From an uncultured Gemmatimonadota bacterium (GTDB lineage Bacteria; JAAXHH01): 64,000 nucleotides of DNA. Shown here in pieces: positions 17,986-26,990 of this stretch; positions within the stretch are counted from its first letter, which is position 1; the number at the start of each line of letters is the position of its first letter. A model generated the notes under the pieces. It was not told the DNA's origin, did no database searches, and saw nothing but the letters and a program-made list of their open reading frames with translations. The position numbers and the translations under genes were made by a program. The stretch spans positions 960,001-1,024,000 of the forward strand of contig OX638340.1 in the NCBI GenBank assembly GCA_951812955.1. Direction: 5' to 3'.

Positions 17986-19620
17986 ATGACTGGAAACGAA
18001 GCTATTGCGAAGATCCTGAAAGCCGAGGGGCTGGACTGGTTCAGCTGTTTTCCGCATCACCCGCTCATCGATGCCTGTGCGATCGAGGGCATGCGTCCCA
18101 TTCTTTGCCGCCAGGAACGGGCGGGTGTGAATATCGCCGATGGATTCAGCCGGATCCGGAACGGGAATACCATAGGAGTATTCATGATGCAGATGGGCCC
18201 GGGCGCGGAGAACGCCTTTGGCGGCGTCGCCCAGGCCTACGCGGATTCGGTGCCCATCCTCCTGTTGCCCGGCGGTCCACCGCGATCCCGCACGGGCGCC
18301 GGTCTGGCCTTCGAATCTATGGAGAACTACCGCGGCATCACCAAGTGGGTATCGAACATCAACTCGGCCGCACGTATACCGGAGATGATGGGACGGGCAT
18401 ACAGCCTGCTGAAACAGGGCAAGCCGGGACCGGTCATGTTGGAAATCCCCGGGGACGTGGGAGAGGAGGAGATACCGGACGAGGCCTTTGACTATACCCC
18501 TGTGAAACCTTTCAAGAGCGGCGCCGCTCCCGAGGACGTGCGAGATCTCGTGTCTGCGCTGCTCAAGTCGGACTGTCCGGTAATCAGCGCCGGCCAGGGC
18601 GTGCTGTACGCCGAGGCTACGGAAACGTTGATTGAATTCGCGGAATGGACCAAGACCCCGGTCATGACCACGCTGGCCGGCAAGAGCGCGTTCCCGGAAA
18701 CCCACCCCCTGTCCCTGGGCACCGGCGCCGCCTCCCACTCCCTGATGGTGGCGGAATACCTCAAGAAAACAGATTTCTTCTTCGGCATCGGTACGAGCAT
18801 GACCTCCGGGTTCAAGTCGGAGGTGCCGGCGGACGCGGCGCTCGCACAGTGTGTCATCGGCCATGGGGATATCAACAGGGAGCACCGCATCGACTACGGG
18901 GCTGTGGGGGATGCGGGTGTCGTGCTGCGGCAGATGGTCGAGGAAGCAAAACGCCAACTCGGAGGCCGTCCCCGAACCGACGAGCGCGGCGACATCGTGG
19001 AAATCGCCCGGCTTAAGAAGATCTGGCTGGCCGAATGGGAACCGCAATTCCAATCGGACGAGGTCCCATTGAGTCCTTACCGCGTATTTCGTGAGATCGC
19101 CGGGGTGGTGGATGGCAGACACACAATCATTACCCACGACTCCGGTTATCCCAGGGAGCAGCTCGCGCCTTTCTGGGAAACGGTGACGCCGAGAAGCTAC
19201 ATCGGCTGGGGCGCTTCCACGCAGTTGGGATACGGACTCGGACTGGCGATCGGCGCAAAGATCGCCGACCCGGAGAAGCAGGTCGTCAACATCATGGGCG
19301 ACGCGGCATTCGGCATGTCGGGACTGGACGTGGAGACCGCCGTGCGGTCGGAGATCCCCATAATTACTGTGGTACTAAACAACGGGGTCATGACCCATTA
19401 CGATCACCACATGGCCTACGCTTCGGAGCGGTGGGGCAGCAACCGGTTGGGCGGTGACTACGCCGCAGTGGGCGCCGGCCTGGGCGCCTATGCCGAGAAA
19501 GTGACAGAACCGGAACAAATCGCTCCGGCCATCCGGCGGGCCGTCGAGGCCAATCTCGAAGGCAGGCCGGCGGTCATCGAGACGATCACCAAGGTGGAAG
19601 AACACACGTCGAGATATTGA
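17986..19620 (+). CDS. Thiamine-pyrophosphate-dependent enzyme (acetolactate synthase/sulfoacetaldehyde acetyltransferase-like)
   Basis: 544 aa. N-terminal TPP-Pyr domain (GVNIADGFSRI...FMMQMGPGAENAFGG) and C-terminal TPP-binding domain (IMGDAAFGMSG...NNG). AAGGAAG RBS. Confidence 0.75.
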   Translation: MTGNEAIAKILKAEGLDWFSCFPHHPLIDACAIEGMRPILCRQERAGVNIADGFSRIRNGNTIGVFMMQMGPGAENAFGGVAQAYADSVPILLLPGGPPRSRTGAGLAFESMENYRGITKWVSNINSAARIPEMMGRAYSLLKQGKPGPVMLEIPGDVGEEEIPDEAFDYTPVKPFKSGAAPEDVRDLVSALLKSDCPVISAGQGVLYAEATETLIEFAEWTKTPVMTTLAGKSAFPETHPLSLGTGAASHSLMVAEYLKKTDFFFGIGTSMTSGFKSEVPADAALAQCVIGHGDINREHRIDYGAVGDAGVVLRQMVEEAKRQLGGRPRTDERGDIVEIARLKKIWLAEWEPQFQSDEVPLSPYRVFREIAGVVDGRHTIITHDSGYPREQLAPFWETVTPRSYIGWGASTQLGYGLGLAIGAKIADPEKQVVNIMGDAAFGMSGLDVETAVRSEIPIITVVLNNGVMTHYDHHMAYASERWGSNRLGGDYAAVGAGLGAYAEKVTEPEQIAPAIRRAVEANLEGRPAVIETITKVEEHTSRY

Positions 19621-19721
19621 GCACAATACGAAGACGCGATGATGGTGAAGTGAATGCGATGCGGACGTACGCGTAAATTACAGTTCGCCGAAGTTTTCAG
19701 GTGGAATTCCACCGGAGCGCC

Positions 19722-21161
19722 ATGCCCAGGATCCTGATCGGCACCTTTTTCCAGGAAACCAACGATTTCCATCCCAACGATACGGTCTACGAAGATTTCG
19801 GTATCTCGCGGGGCGAAGAGATGCTGGAGGAACCGAGCGGCGTGGTCGGGGGTGCCGTAGATACACTCGCCGCCCGGCCAGGCATGGAAATCGTGCCTAC
19901 CTACAGCGCCGCGATGGGGGCGGGGGGCACGATAACGCAGGCGTGTTTCGAGCGTACCACGTCGGAATTGCTTGACGCAATAGCCCGGGAGAGATCCGGG
20001 ACCGACGGGGTGTACCTGAATCTCCACGGCGCAATGGCCGCGGAAGTCGAAAAAGACCCGGAGGGGTTCGTTCTGCAGGAAGTACGGCGTATTGTAGGGC
20101 CTCACGTGCCCGTGGTCGCCTCCTTCGACATGCACGGCACGATCACCCGGCGCATGCTGTCCCACATGGATGGGTGCAGCATCCTGCATACCTATCCACA
20201 CATCGACTGGTACGAGACGGGCGCCAGGGCCGCCGGGGTACTGCTGCGTATACTCGACGGAGCGCGGCCGGTTATAGGAACCGTGTACACGCCCACCATG
20301 GTTCGTGGCGACGAACTCAAGACCGCCTCCGGGGTCCACGGCACGTTCATCCGGTACCTGGAGCGCCTGGAAGAGCGTAATGACGTCCTCGCCGGAGGCA
20401 TCATGCTCGGACATCCGCCGACGGACTGTCCGGAGCAGGGTTCTCGCGTCGTCGTGATTACGGACGGGAACCGGGACCTGGCGGAACGTGAAGCGTTGCA
20501 TATCGGCCGGAGCTTCTGGAACATGCGGTCTCACATGCAGTGCGTGCTGCACAGCGTGGAAGAAGGCATCCGGATCGCGGCGAATGCCGCGGGAACGGTT
20601 GTGTTCGCCGACGCCGCCGACGCCACCAGTTCCGGCGCGCCGGGCACCAGCAATACCATGCTGAAGGGGTTCCTCGAAAGCGACTACAGGGGGAGCGTAC
20701 TGTTCCCCATCCGTGACGACCCCGCCGTAGAGCGGGCCATGGAAGCGGGTGTCGGCCAGACGATTACTGTTCCCCTCGGCGGTACGCTTGACCCACGCTT
20801 CACCCCCGTGGCGGTTACCGCGACGGTGGAGGTACTGGGCCGGCGGGACGATACACCGGTCGCTGTGCTGAAATGCCGAAATATCACGATCTTTCTCGCG
20901 GCTTCCGGCCCCCTGCTGTGCGACCGTTGGATGTATCCCGCCTTCGGGCAGGACCCGAAAAACTTCGACGTCGTCGTCAAGAAACTGCCCCACACGCCGG
21001 ATGAGTGGTACGACGACTGGGCGGAGCGTACCATAACCATCGATTCCCCCGGCGCCGCGAGTCCGAACATTCCCACGCTCGGCCACCGGTTCGTCCCCCG
21101 GCCGATCTATCCCCTCGACCCCGCTATGACCTTCACGCCGGAAGTGGAGGTGTACGAATAA
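19722..21161 (+). CDS. M81 family metallopeptidase (microcystinase MlrC-like)
   Basis: MPRILIGTFFQETNDF N-terminus (DUF1485) and the MlrC C-terminal region. It is paralogous to 48212..49675. Confidence 0.7.
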   Translation: MPRILIGTFFQETNDFHPNDTVYEDFGISRGEEMLEEPSGVVGGAVDTLAARPGMEIVPTYSAAMGAGGTITQACFERTTSELLDAIARERSGTDGVYLNLHGAMAAEVEKDPEGFVLQEVRRIVGPHVPVVASFDMHGTITRRMLSHMDGCSILHTYPHIDWYETGARAAGVLLRILDGARPVIGTVYTPTMVRGDELKTASGVHGTFIRYLERLEERNDVLAGGIMLGHPPTDCPEQGSRVVVITDGNRDLAEREALHIGRSFWNMRSHMQCVLHSVEEGIRIAANAAGTVVFADAADATSSGAPGTSNTMLKGFLESDYRGSVLFPIRDDPAVERAMEAGVGQTITVPLGGTLDPRFTPVAVTATVEVLGRRDDTPVAVLKCRNITIFLAASGPLLCDRWMYPAFGQDPKNFDVVVKKLPHTPDEWYDDWAERTITIDSPGAASPNIPTLGHRFVPRPIYPLDPAMTFTPEVEVYE

Positions 21162-21279
21162 ACCCGCGCGGCTGTCCTCCCGTACCGGTACTTCCCGAAG
21201 GGTCATTGACGGCCGGACCTGACCGGAGCGTTGGCCAGCGTATCGGCAGTTTCCTTCCCTTTATCCTCCCGGGTGTTGC

Positions 21280-22212
21280 ATGAACCGGCACGTTACCAGC
21301 GGCCGCTGGGGCCTGGGGCTTGTCCTGAGCCTGTTCACGATTTTCGTGTGGGGCGGGCTGCCCATCGTCCTGAAAATCATGCTGATCAGCCTGGACGCGT
21401 TCACGATGACCTGGTACCGTTTCGTCGTCGCGGCCGTGCTGATGGCGCTGATCGTGCAACGGCAAGGTCATTTTCCCCTGATCCGTCAGCTGCGGGGCGG
21501 TTATTTGCTGGTCTTCCTCGCGGCGGTTATGGGCTTCAGTTGCGCGTACGTATTCTATCCCCAGAGCCTGCAGTACATCTCGCCCAGCGCCGCCCAGGTA
21601 GTCAACCAGATCTCGCTGCTGTTCCTCCTGCTGGGCGCCATGCTGCTGTTCAAAGAGCGGATGACGCGTATACAGGTATTCGGACTCATGCTGCTCACGG
21701 GCGGCATCGTCCTGTTCTTCAACGAGCAGTTGTCGGAACTTCTGTCCGGGGACAGCGCCATGATCCCGGGCATTCTCTGGGTAACCGTCGCGGCGCTCGC
21801 GCTCTCCACGTACACGCTGACCCAGAAGCAACTGCTACAGGTCCTGCCCACTTCCGTCATCCTGTTCCTGATCTACTCGGCCGGATCAATCCTGATCCTA
21901 CCCTTCGTTCGGTTCGACTCGCTGCTGGCGCAGGACTCCTCTCAGATGATCCTGCTGAACGTATCGGCGGTGATTTCCCTCGTGGCATTCGTAACCCTGG
22001 TGGAGTCCCTGAAACACCTCGAGGTCTTCAGAGTCAGCATGGTCCTGTCGGCCGCGCCCCTGGTTACCGTCGTCGACATGATGATAGCCGCTCCGCTCGT
22101 ACCCGGCCTGCTCCAGCCGGAAAACCTCAACTTCCTCAGCGTATCCGGCGCCGTGCTGGTCGTCGTCGGTTCCATACTCGGTAACCTGAGGCGGACAGCG
22201 AAAACCAAGTGA
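21280..22212 (+). CDS. DMT superfamily (EamA-like) transporter
   Basis: 310 aa, 10 predicted TM, two EamA-like halves. Confidence 0.7.
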   Translation: MNRHVTSGRWGLGLVLSLFTIFVWGGLPIVLKIMLISLDAFTMTWYRFVVAAVLMALIVQRQGHFPLIRQLRGGYLLVFLAAVMGFSCAYVFYPQSLQYISPSAAQVVNQISLLFLLLGAMLLFKERMTRIQVFGLMLLTGGIVLFFNEQLSELLSGDSAMIPGILWVTVAALALSTYTLTQKQLLQVLPTSVILFLIYSAGSILILPFVRFDSLLAQDSSQMILLNVSAVISLVAFVTLVESLKHLEVFRVSMVLSAAPLVTVVDMMIAAPLVPGLLQPENLNFLSVSGAVLVVVGSILGNLRRTAKTK

Positions 22213-22294
22213 GCGCTGGCGCATTCGTCCTGAAGCGGGTTTACTGAAGATCCACGCAACAGGAATTGGCGGAACGGGATCTGGCGGAAGGATT

Positions 22295-22810
22295 ATGACA
22301 ATGAGACCACTCGTGGTCATGGGTTTACGGACCCTGGCTAATCTGGACGCGAAAGAAACCATGTACGAGCAGATCGACCGGAACGAAATCCGGGCGACGG
22401 GGCGGTTCGCAGGGGATCACCTGGAGACCATTGCATCGGGGGGGTTCGCCCTCGGCATCCTGTCCAGCCACAGCGTTGCGCGCATCGAGCGGGTGATCGA
22501 TCACCTGGGATGGTCCCACCTGTTTCGGTCGGATCATCTGATCTCTTCGGATCCACTGGTCCGGAAAGACGCCTCGAACTGGGAGGGATGGCGCAGGGAA
22601 TACCAGGCGCGCGGGCTTTCGCTCCACACGGTGGTCGATATCGGGGAAACGCTGATCAGGAATCTCGCCGGGTCGAGTGCATTCGACGAAATAGACAAGT
22701 ACTACATCACCGATGACGCGAGCGTGCGTATCGAAGGAGCGACACGCATAACGGCCCTGGACCGAACGCTGGCTTATCGACAGGCGTCCCGGTCATCACA
22801 GGACCGGTGA
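22295..22810 (+). CDS. Hypothetical protein (171 aa)
   Basis: ORF with balanced composition and no family I can name. Confidence 0.35.
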   Translation: MTMRPLVVMGLRTLANLDAKETMYEQIDRNEIRATGRFAGDHLETIASGGFALGILSSHSVARIERVIDHLGWSHLFRSDHLISSDPLVRKDASNWEGWRREYQARGLSLHTVVDIGETLIRNLAGSSAFDEIDKYYITDDASVRIEGATRITALDRTLAYRQASRSSQDR

Positions 22811-22890
22811 ACAACCCCGGGCGCCGGTGAACAACGACACGGGCCAGGCAAAAAAGGTTGACATTACCTGGCAGGCTTCGCGGAACCTGG

Positions 22891-22989
22891 CGAGTCGTTT
22901 AGCCGCACGTAGTCGTTGGGGCGCGGGTCGTTTAGCCGTACGTAGTGTTTGTGACACGAGTCGTTTAGCCGCACGTAGTCGTTTTGGCG
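22891..22989. repeat. 3 x 33-bp tandem repeat (CGAGTCGTTTAGCCGCACGTAGTCGTTGGGGCG) in a convergent intergenic region
   Basis: Three copies read directly, the middle one with 5 substitutions. Confidence 0.85.
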
Positions 22990-22994
22990 CGCGG

Positions 22995-24320
22995 CTACTG
23001 GTTGGGCTGTAGTGCTCTTGCGTTCAAAAACTCCAGCACCAGGTGGGTCATCGCGCGCATGCCCACCGTGACCGATTCGCTGTCCGCCGTCATGGTCGGG
23101 GTATGCAGGCCGCCGGAGGGCTGGCCGGGCCTGGTGACGCCGAGCCGATAGAAGAAACCTGGAATAACGTTGGAGAAATAGGCGAAATCCTCGCCGCCCA
23201 TCGTCGGGGGCAGCTCCAGCACCTGGTCTACGCCGGGCGCTCCGGCCAGGTAACCGGCCATTTCGCGGGACAGTTCGGGGTTGTTGATCACGGAAGGCGT
23301 GCCGCGGTCGTAGTTCAGTTCGAAGGCACCGCCATAGGCCCCGGTAATGCCTTCCAGGATGGTATTCATCCGGCTTTCCACCCGGTCCCGGACATCGGGA
23401 TTGTAGGTGCGCACCGTTCCCTCCAGGTGGACTTCCCGCGGTATGATGTTGAAGCGTTCTCCGCCGCGGAAGATACCCACGGTGACCACGCTGGGTTCCA
23501 GCGGCGACAGGGTGCGGGACCGGATCGTCTGCAGGGCGAGTACGATTTCGGACGCCATAACGATGGGATCGATGCCCTCTTCGGGACGGGCGCCATGAGC
23601 CTGTTTGCCCCGTACCTTGATATAGAAATGGTCCACGGCGGCCATGGCCGGACCAATGGTATAACCGACCGTGCCCACCTCGAGGGAAGGCAGTGCGTGG
23701 AGGCCGAAGATAGCCTCGGGCGCGGGGTCTTCGAGGACTTTCTCCCGCACCATCAGGTCCGCTCCACCCTCTTCGCCCGGGGGAGGCCCTTCCTCTGCCG
23801 GCTGGAATATGAATTTGACCGTGCCCGGCAGGTCGGCCTTCATATCGGCCAGCACGGAAGCCACGCCCAGTTGAACGGCGGTATGCACGTCGTGGCCGCA
23901 GGCGTGCATGACGCCCACTTCCTTCCCGAGATAGGACGTCCGCACGGTCGATTTGAAGGGTAGCACCGTCTCCTCCGTCACCGGCAGGGCGTCCATGTCC
24001 GCCCGGATGGCTACCACCGGACCGGGCCGTCCGCCTTTCAACACACCGACCACGCCCGTATGGGCGACACCGGTCTGAATCTCGATGCCCAGTGCGGTGA
24101 GATGCTCCGCGACCAGTTCCGCAGTCTTGAATTCCCGATTGCCCAGTTCCGGGTTCTGGTGGATATGCTCGCGCTTGCGGATGGCTTCCGCCCGGTGCTT
24201 TTCCACGAGCGCGGTCACGCTATCCTGTTGGGCAACCGCGTTTCCCGTCAACACGTGGAGACCCAGACCGAGTGCCGTGACCGACATGGCCTTCAGCGCC
24301 CAAATCACGCTTCTTTGCAT
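22995..24320 (-). CDS. M20D family amidohydrolase/peptidase (secreted)
   Basis: Signal peptide, HACGHDVH and FIFQPAEEG metal-binding motifs of the M20 carboxypeptidase/hippurate hydrolase family. Confidence 0.8.
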   Translation of the reverse strand: MQRSVIWALKAMSVTALGLGLHVLTGNAVAQQDSVTALVEKHRAEAIRKREHIHQNPELGNREFKTAELVAEHLTALGIEIQTGVAHTGVVGVLKGGRPGPVVAIRADMDALPVTEETVLPFKSTVRTSYLGKEVGVMHACGHDVHTAVQLGVASVLADMKADLPGTVKFIFQPAEEGPPPGEEGGADLMVREKVLEDPAPEAIFGLHALPSLEVGTVGYTIGPAMAAVDHFYIKVRGKQAHGARPEEGIDPIVMASEIVLALQTIRSRTLSPLEPSVVTVGIFRGGERFNIIPREVHLEGTVRTYNPDVRDRVESRMNTILEGITGAYGGAFELNYDRGTPSVINNPELSREMAGYLAGAPGVDQVLELPPTMGGEDFAYFSNVIPGFFYRLGVTRPGQPSGGLHTPTMTADSESVTVGMRAMTHLVLEFLNARALQPNQ

Positions 24321-24329
24321 ACGGTGCGC

Positions 24330-26093
24330 CTACCTTTCCCAGGGAAAAGCGAAGGACGGCCGGTTGGCGTAGCGATCCATGGCCACGCGCAGCCTGCTGC
24401 CGCACCCGGGTTCGAGGGTCACCGAAAAGCTGGCGCCGTCGACCACGGTAGACCCGTTTTCATCACTGACTTCCAGGATCTGGTGTTCACCGTAAGCGCC
24501 GCCCTGGACGGTCACGGTCCGGGGGGACACCTGGTTGGTATTCACCAGCGTAACCACGGCGCTGTCGTCATGGAGTTCCTCCACGAGTGCGGCCACGTCC
24601 TCGGGCATGCCGGGGCGCACCCTGACGGGATCGAAATACCGGAAACGGCAGTGCAGGGGATGGCCGAAGTGCTCCGTGGGTATGCCACCGAGCATGAGCC
24701 GGATCAGGGCGTCCACCTCGGCGGGATTCGTGCCGTTCATGTCGTCCGAAAGGCGGGTATCCGGCGAGGTAAGGTCGTTTCGCAACCGCTCCATTTTCGA
24801 TCGAACCGACGAGATGTCCTCCTGCAGGGCTTCTTCCGGATAGTCCGGGTTCTGCCCTTCCAGGTAAGCGATCCAGCCTTCCATGGGCAGCCGTTCCAGG
24901 TCGCGGCGGTCCATGGACCAGTAGTAGACATGCTCCGCGCCACCAGAGAAGGGTTCGGGCTGGTAGTCGTACCAGCCGTCGTCGCCGTGCATGCGGGGAT
25001 AGAGCGTCTGGCCGTTCTCGACCTTGCTGTGGGCGTTGACCCCGTCGATGACGCCGCGCCAGGTGTCCACGTATTTCTGATCGCCCGTCAGCAGCAGCCC
25101 GTTGCCGAAACTCCAGTGGACGCGGATCAGGAAGTAGGGACGGTGCGCTATTTCCCCGGTCTGGGGCACTATGGTCGAGAATCCCCACCCGTACGCCCCG
25201 CCGTACCATCTTCCGCCGCACTCCCCGCCGATGCTCCCGTCCAGCCCGATATTCGTGGGTATGATGCCGTTGTTCTTCTCGGTCCGTTCCACCCAGGCGT
25301 CCAGGTAGTTCTTCGTCCACTCGCCGTAGGTCTCGTCTCCGTCGATCATGTAGGCGTTCAGCGTCATCGTGGTCACGCCCATGTTCAACGGATGGTCGCC
25401 GGCCACGTCGTTGTAGTCCTTGAAATGAGCGACCATCTCTTCGTAGTTCCGTTCTCCGTGCCCCAGCCTGAAACGGCCCTCGACCTCAATGGAATCGCCG
25501 GCCCAGTCGAGCCCCGTTGCCTTGCGCAACATCGGACCCCGGCTGCCGTTGAACATGCTCTTGATCACGCGGTGCTCGGGGATGTAGTTGTCCGCGATGG
25601 GATCGTTGCCCATGTAGAACCCGCAGAAGCGACGCGTACGGTCGATGAACTTCTTGTCCTGCGGATCGCACAGTCCCTGGAGAAAAAAGGCGGTGAAGCC
25701 CTCACCGTTGTGCATCCAGTCGAACATCGTGGGGAATTCCCTGAAATACATGCCGTCCCGGGCGAATTCGACCTCGGTGGTCTTCGCCTCCGTATACTGC
25801 AGCAGGTGACCGTCCCAGGCCTTCTTATACAATTCGTATACGCGTTCCGAAGCGCCAATCGCATAGAGCTCCGGCCAGTTCGCGAAGTTTTCCGCCGCGT
25901 CGTCCGGTCCGTCGTCACCGCCCCAGCGAGGGACGCACTGCAGGTACCCGCGTTCGTCGAAGTATTGGTCGTAGAACGCTTCCACGGCCTCTTCCTGCTG
26001 TTTGATCAGGTTCAATTCGAGCAAGGCCCAGGATGGAGGCGACATGGGTGACGCGACGCGCAAGCTACGCGCCCCCGTCGAGACGGACGGCAT
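24330..26093 (-). CDS. Hypothetical protein, ~570 aa (start possibly ATG at 26045); no signal peptide
   Basis: Long ORF with protein-like composition. The opposite-strand ORF is an R/G/H-rich shadow. No confident family; possibly a toroid glycosidase/lyase-like enzyme. Confidence 0.45.
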   Translation of the reverse strand: MPSVSTGARSLRVASPMSPPSWALLELNLIKQQEEAVEAFYDQYFDERGYLQCVPRWGGDDGPDDAAENFANWPELYAIGASERVYELYKKAWDGHLLQYTEAKTTEVEFARDGMYFREFPTMFDWMHNGEGFTAFFLQGLCDPQDKKFIDRTRRFCGFYMGNDPIADNYIPEHRVIKSMFNGSRGPMLRKATGLDWAGDSIEVEGRFRLGHGERNYEEMVAHFKDYNDVAGDHPLNMGVTTMTLNAYMIDGDETYGEWTKNYLDAWVERTEKNNGIIPTNIGLDGSIGGECGGRWYGGAYGWGFSTIVPQTGEIAHRPYFLIRVHWSFGNGLLLTGDQKYVDTWRGVIDGVNAHSKVENGQTLYPRMHGDDGWYDYQPEPFSGGAEHVYYWSMDRRDLERLPMEGWIAYLEGQNPDYPEEALQEDISSVRSKMERLRNDLTSPDTRLSDDMNGTNPAEVDALIRLMLGGIPTEHFGHPLHCRFRYFDPVRVRPGMPEDVAALVEELHDDSAVVTLVNTNQVSPRTVTVQGGAYGEHQILEVSDENGSTVVDGASFSVTLEPGCGSRLRVAMDRYANRPSFAFPWER

Positions 26094-26177
26094 AGGACAG
26101 TTCCTTTCTTTTTTACATTGGGGATGGTGTAAGAAAAGGGATCAGCAGTAAGGTTCCCGGCGAGTTGCCATGTTTAG

Positions 26178-26990
26178 TCAGGAAGTCAGGCCACGACCGT
26201 GCCGCTTGCTACGCTCGGCGCTTTCCCGAATGAATGCGAGCAGGTACTCGACTTCTACGGTCCGTTCCACTTCATCCACAACCGCTTGAACCGCCTGAGA
26301 AACATTGAGCGAAGACCGGTGGAGCAGACGATAGACCTCTTTGAGCGTGCGGATGGCCTCATCGGAGAACCCGCTGCGTTTCAGACCGATGGTGTTGAGT
26401 GATACAGGTTTCAGCGGGTCGTGGGCGTACTTGATGTACGGACAGATGTCCTTGGTAACCATGCCGCCCCCGCTGATGAAAGCGTTGCGGCCAATTCGGA
26501 CGAACTGGTGTACCGCGACGAGTCCGCCGGTTATGGCGAAATCTTCGATTTCCACGTGGCCTCCCAATTGCGTCCCGTTGGCGAGAATCACGCGGTTGCC
26601 GATCACGCAGTCGTGGGCGACGTGCACGTAGGCCATGACCAGGGTATCGCTTCCGATCACCGTCTTCCCCAGGGCGCTGGTCCCGCGGTTCAGCGTGGTG
26701 AATTCGCGGATCGAAGTCCGGTCGCCGATTTCCAGTATGGACTGTTCACCAATGAATTTCTGATCCTGGGGTATGGACCCCACCACGGCTCCGTGATAGA
26801 TCCTGCACTCCGCGCCGATGCGCGTATGGGCGCCGATCAGCGCGCCGGATGCGATCTGCGTACCCGCTCCGATGATCACATTGGGTTCCACGATCGTATA
26901 CGGACCGATGCTGCACCCGGAACCCAACTCCGCGTCAGGATGGACGATGGCTGTCGGATGGACCTTGGTTTCGGTGGTTATGTCCGTCAC
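26178..26990 (-). CDS. lpxA: UDP-N-acetylglucosamine O-acyltransferase LpxA
   Basis: Hexapeptide-repeat left-handed beta-helix, HPTAIVHPDAELG start, 270 aa. The ATGA start overlaps the lpxC-fabZ stop. Confidence 0.9.
   Translation of the reverse strand: MTDITTETKVHPTAIVHPDAELGSGCSIGPYTIVEPNVIIGAGTQIASGALIGAHTRIGAECRIYHGAVVGSIPQDQKFIGEQSILEIGDRTSIREFTTLNRGTSALGKTVIGSDTLVMAYVHVAHDCVIGNRVILANGTQLGGHVEIEDFAITGGLVAVHQFVRIGRNAFISGGGMVTKDICPYIKYAHDPLKPVSLNTIGLKRSGFSDEAIRTLKEVYRLLHRSSLNVSQAVQAVVDEVERTVEVEYLLAFIRESAERSKRHGRGLTS

Noticed and set aside
19488-21206. 572-aa minus-strand ORF (one of many long antisense ORFs, e.g. 4224..5576-, 9296..10432-, 10937..12169-, 24060..26051+, 28013..29065+, 30729..32564+, 34103..35689+, 38941..40119+, 44887..46062+, 48650..49735+, 59467..60450+)
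   Set aside because: They are exact shadows of genes with strong family signatures on the opposite strand. Their translations are R/G/P/H-rich low-complexity, as expected from stop-codon depletion in 63% GC DNA.
22891-22989. Possible CRISPR array (regular ~33-36 bp repeats here and at 41770 and 52345)
   Set aside because: The units are directly adjacent with no unique spacers and no cas genes or leader. They are minisatellites, not CRISPR.
22827-23012. 61-aa ORF with a repeated LAARSR peptide, and a 153-aa ORF at 41745..42206
   Set aside because: Both are read-through translations of tandem DNA repeats. They have no start context and overlap convergent gene ends.
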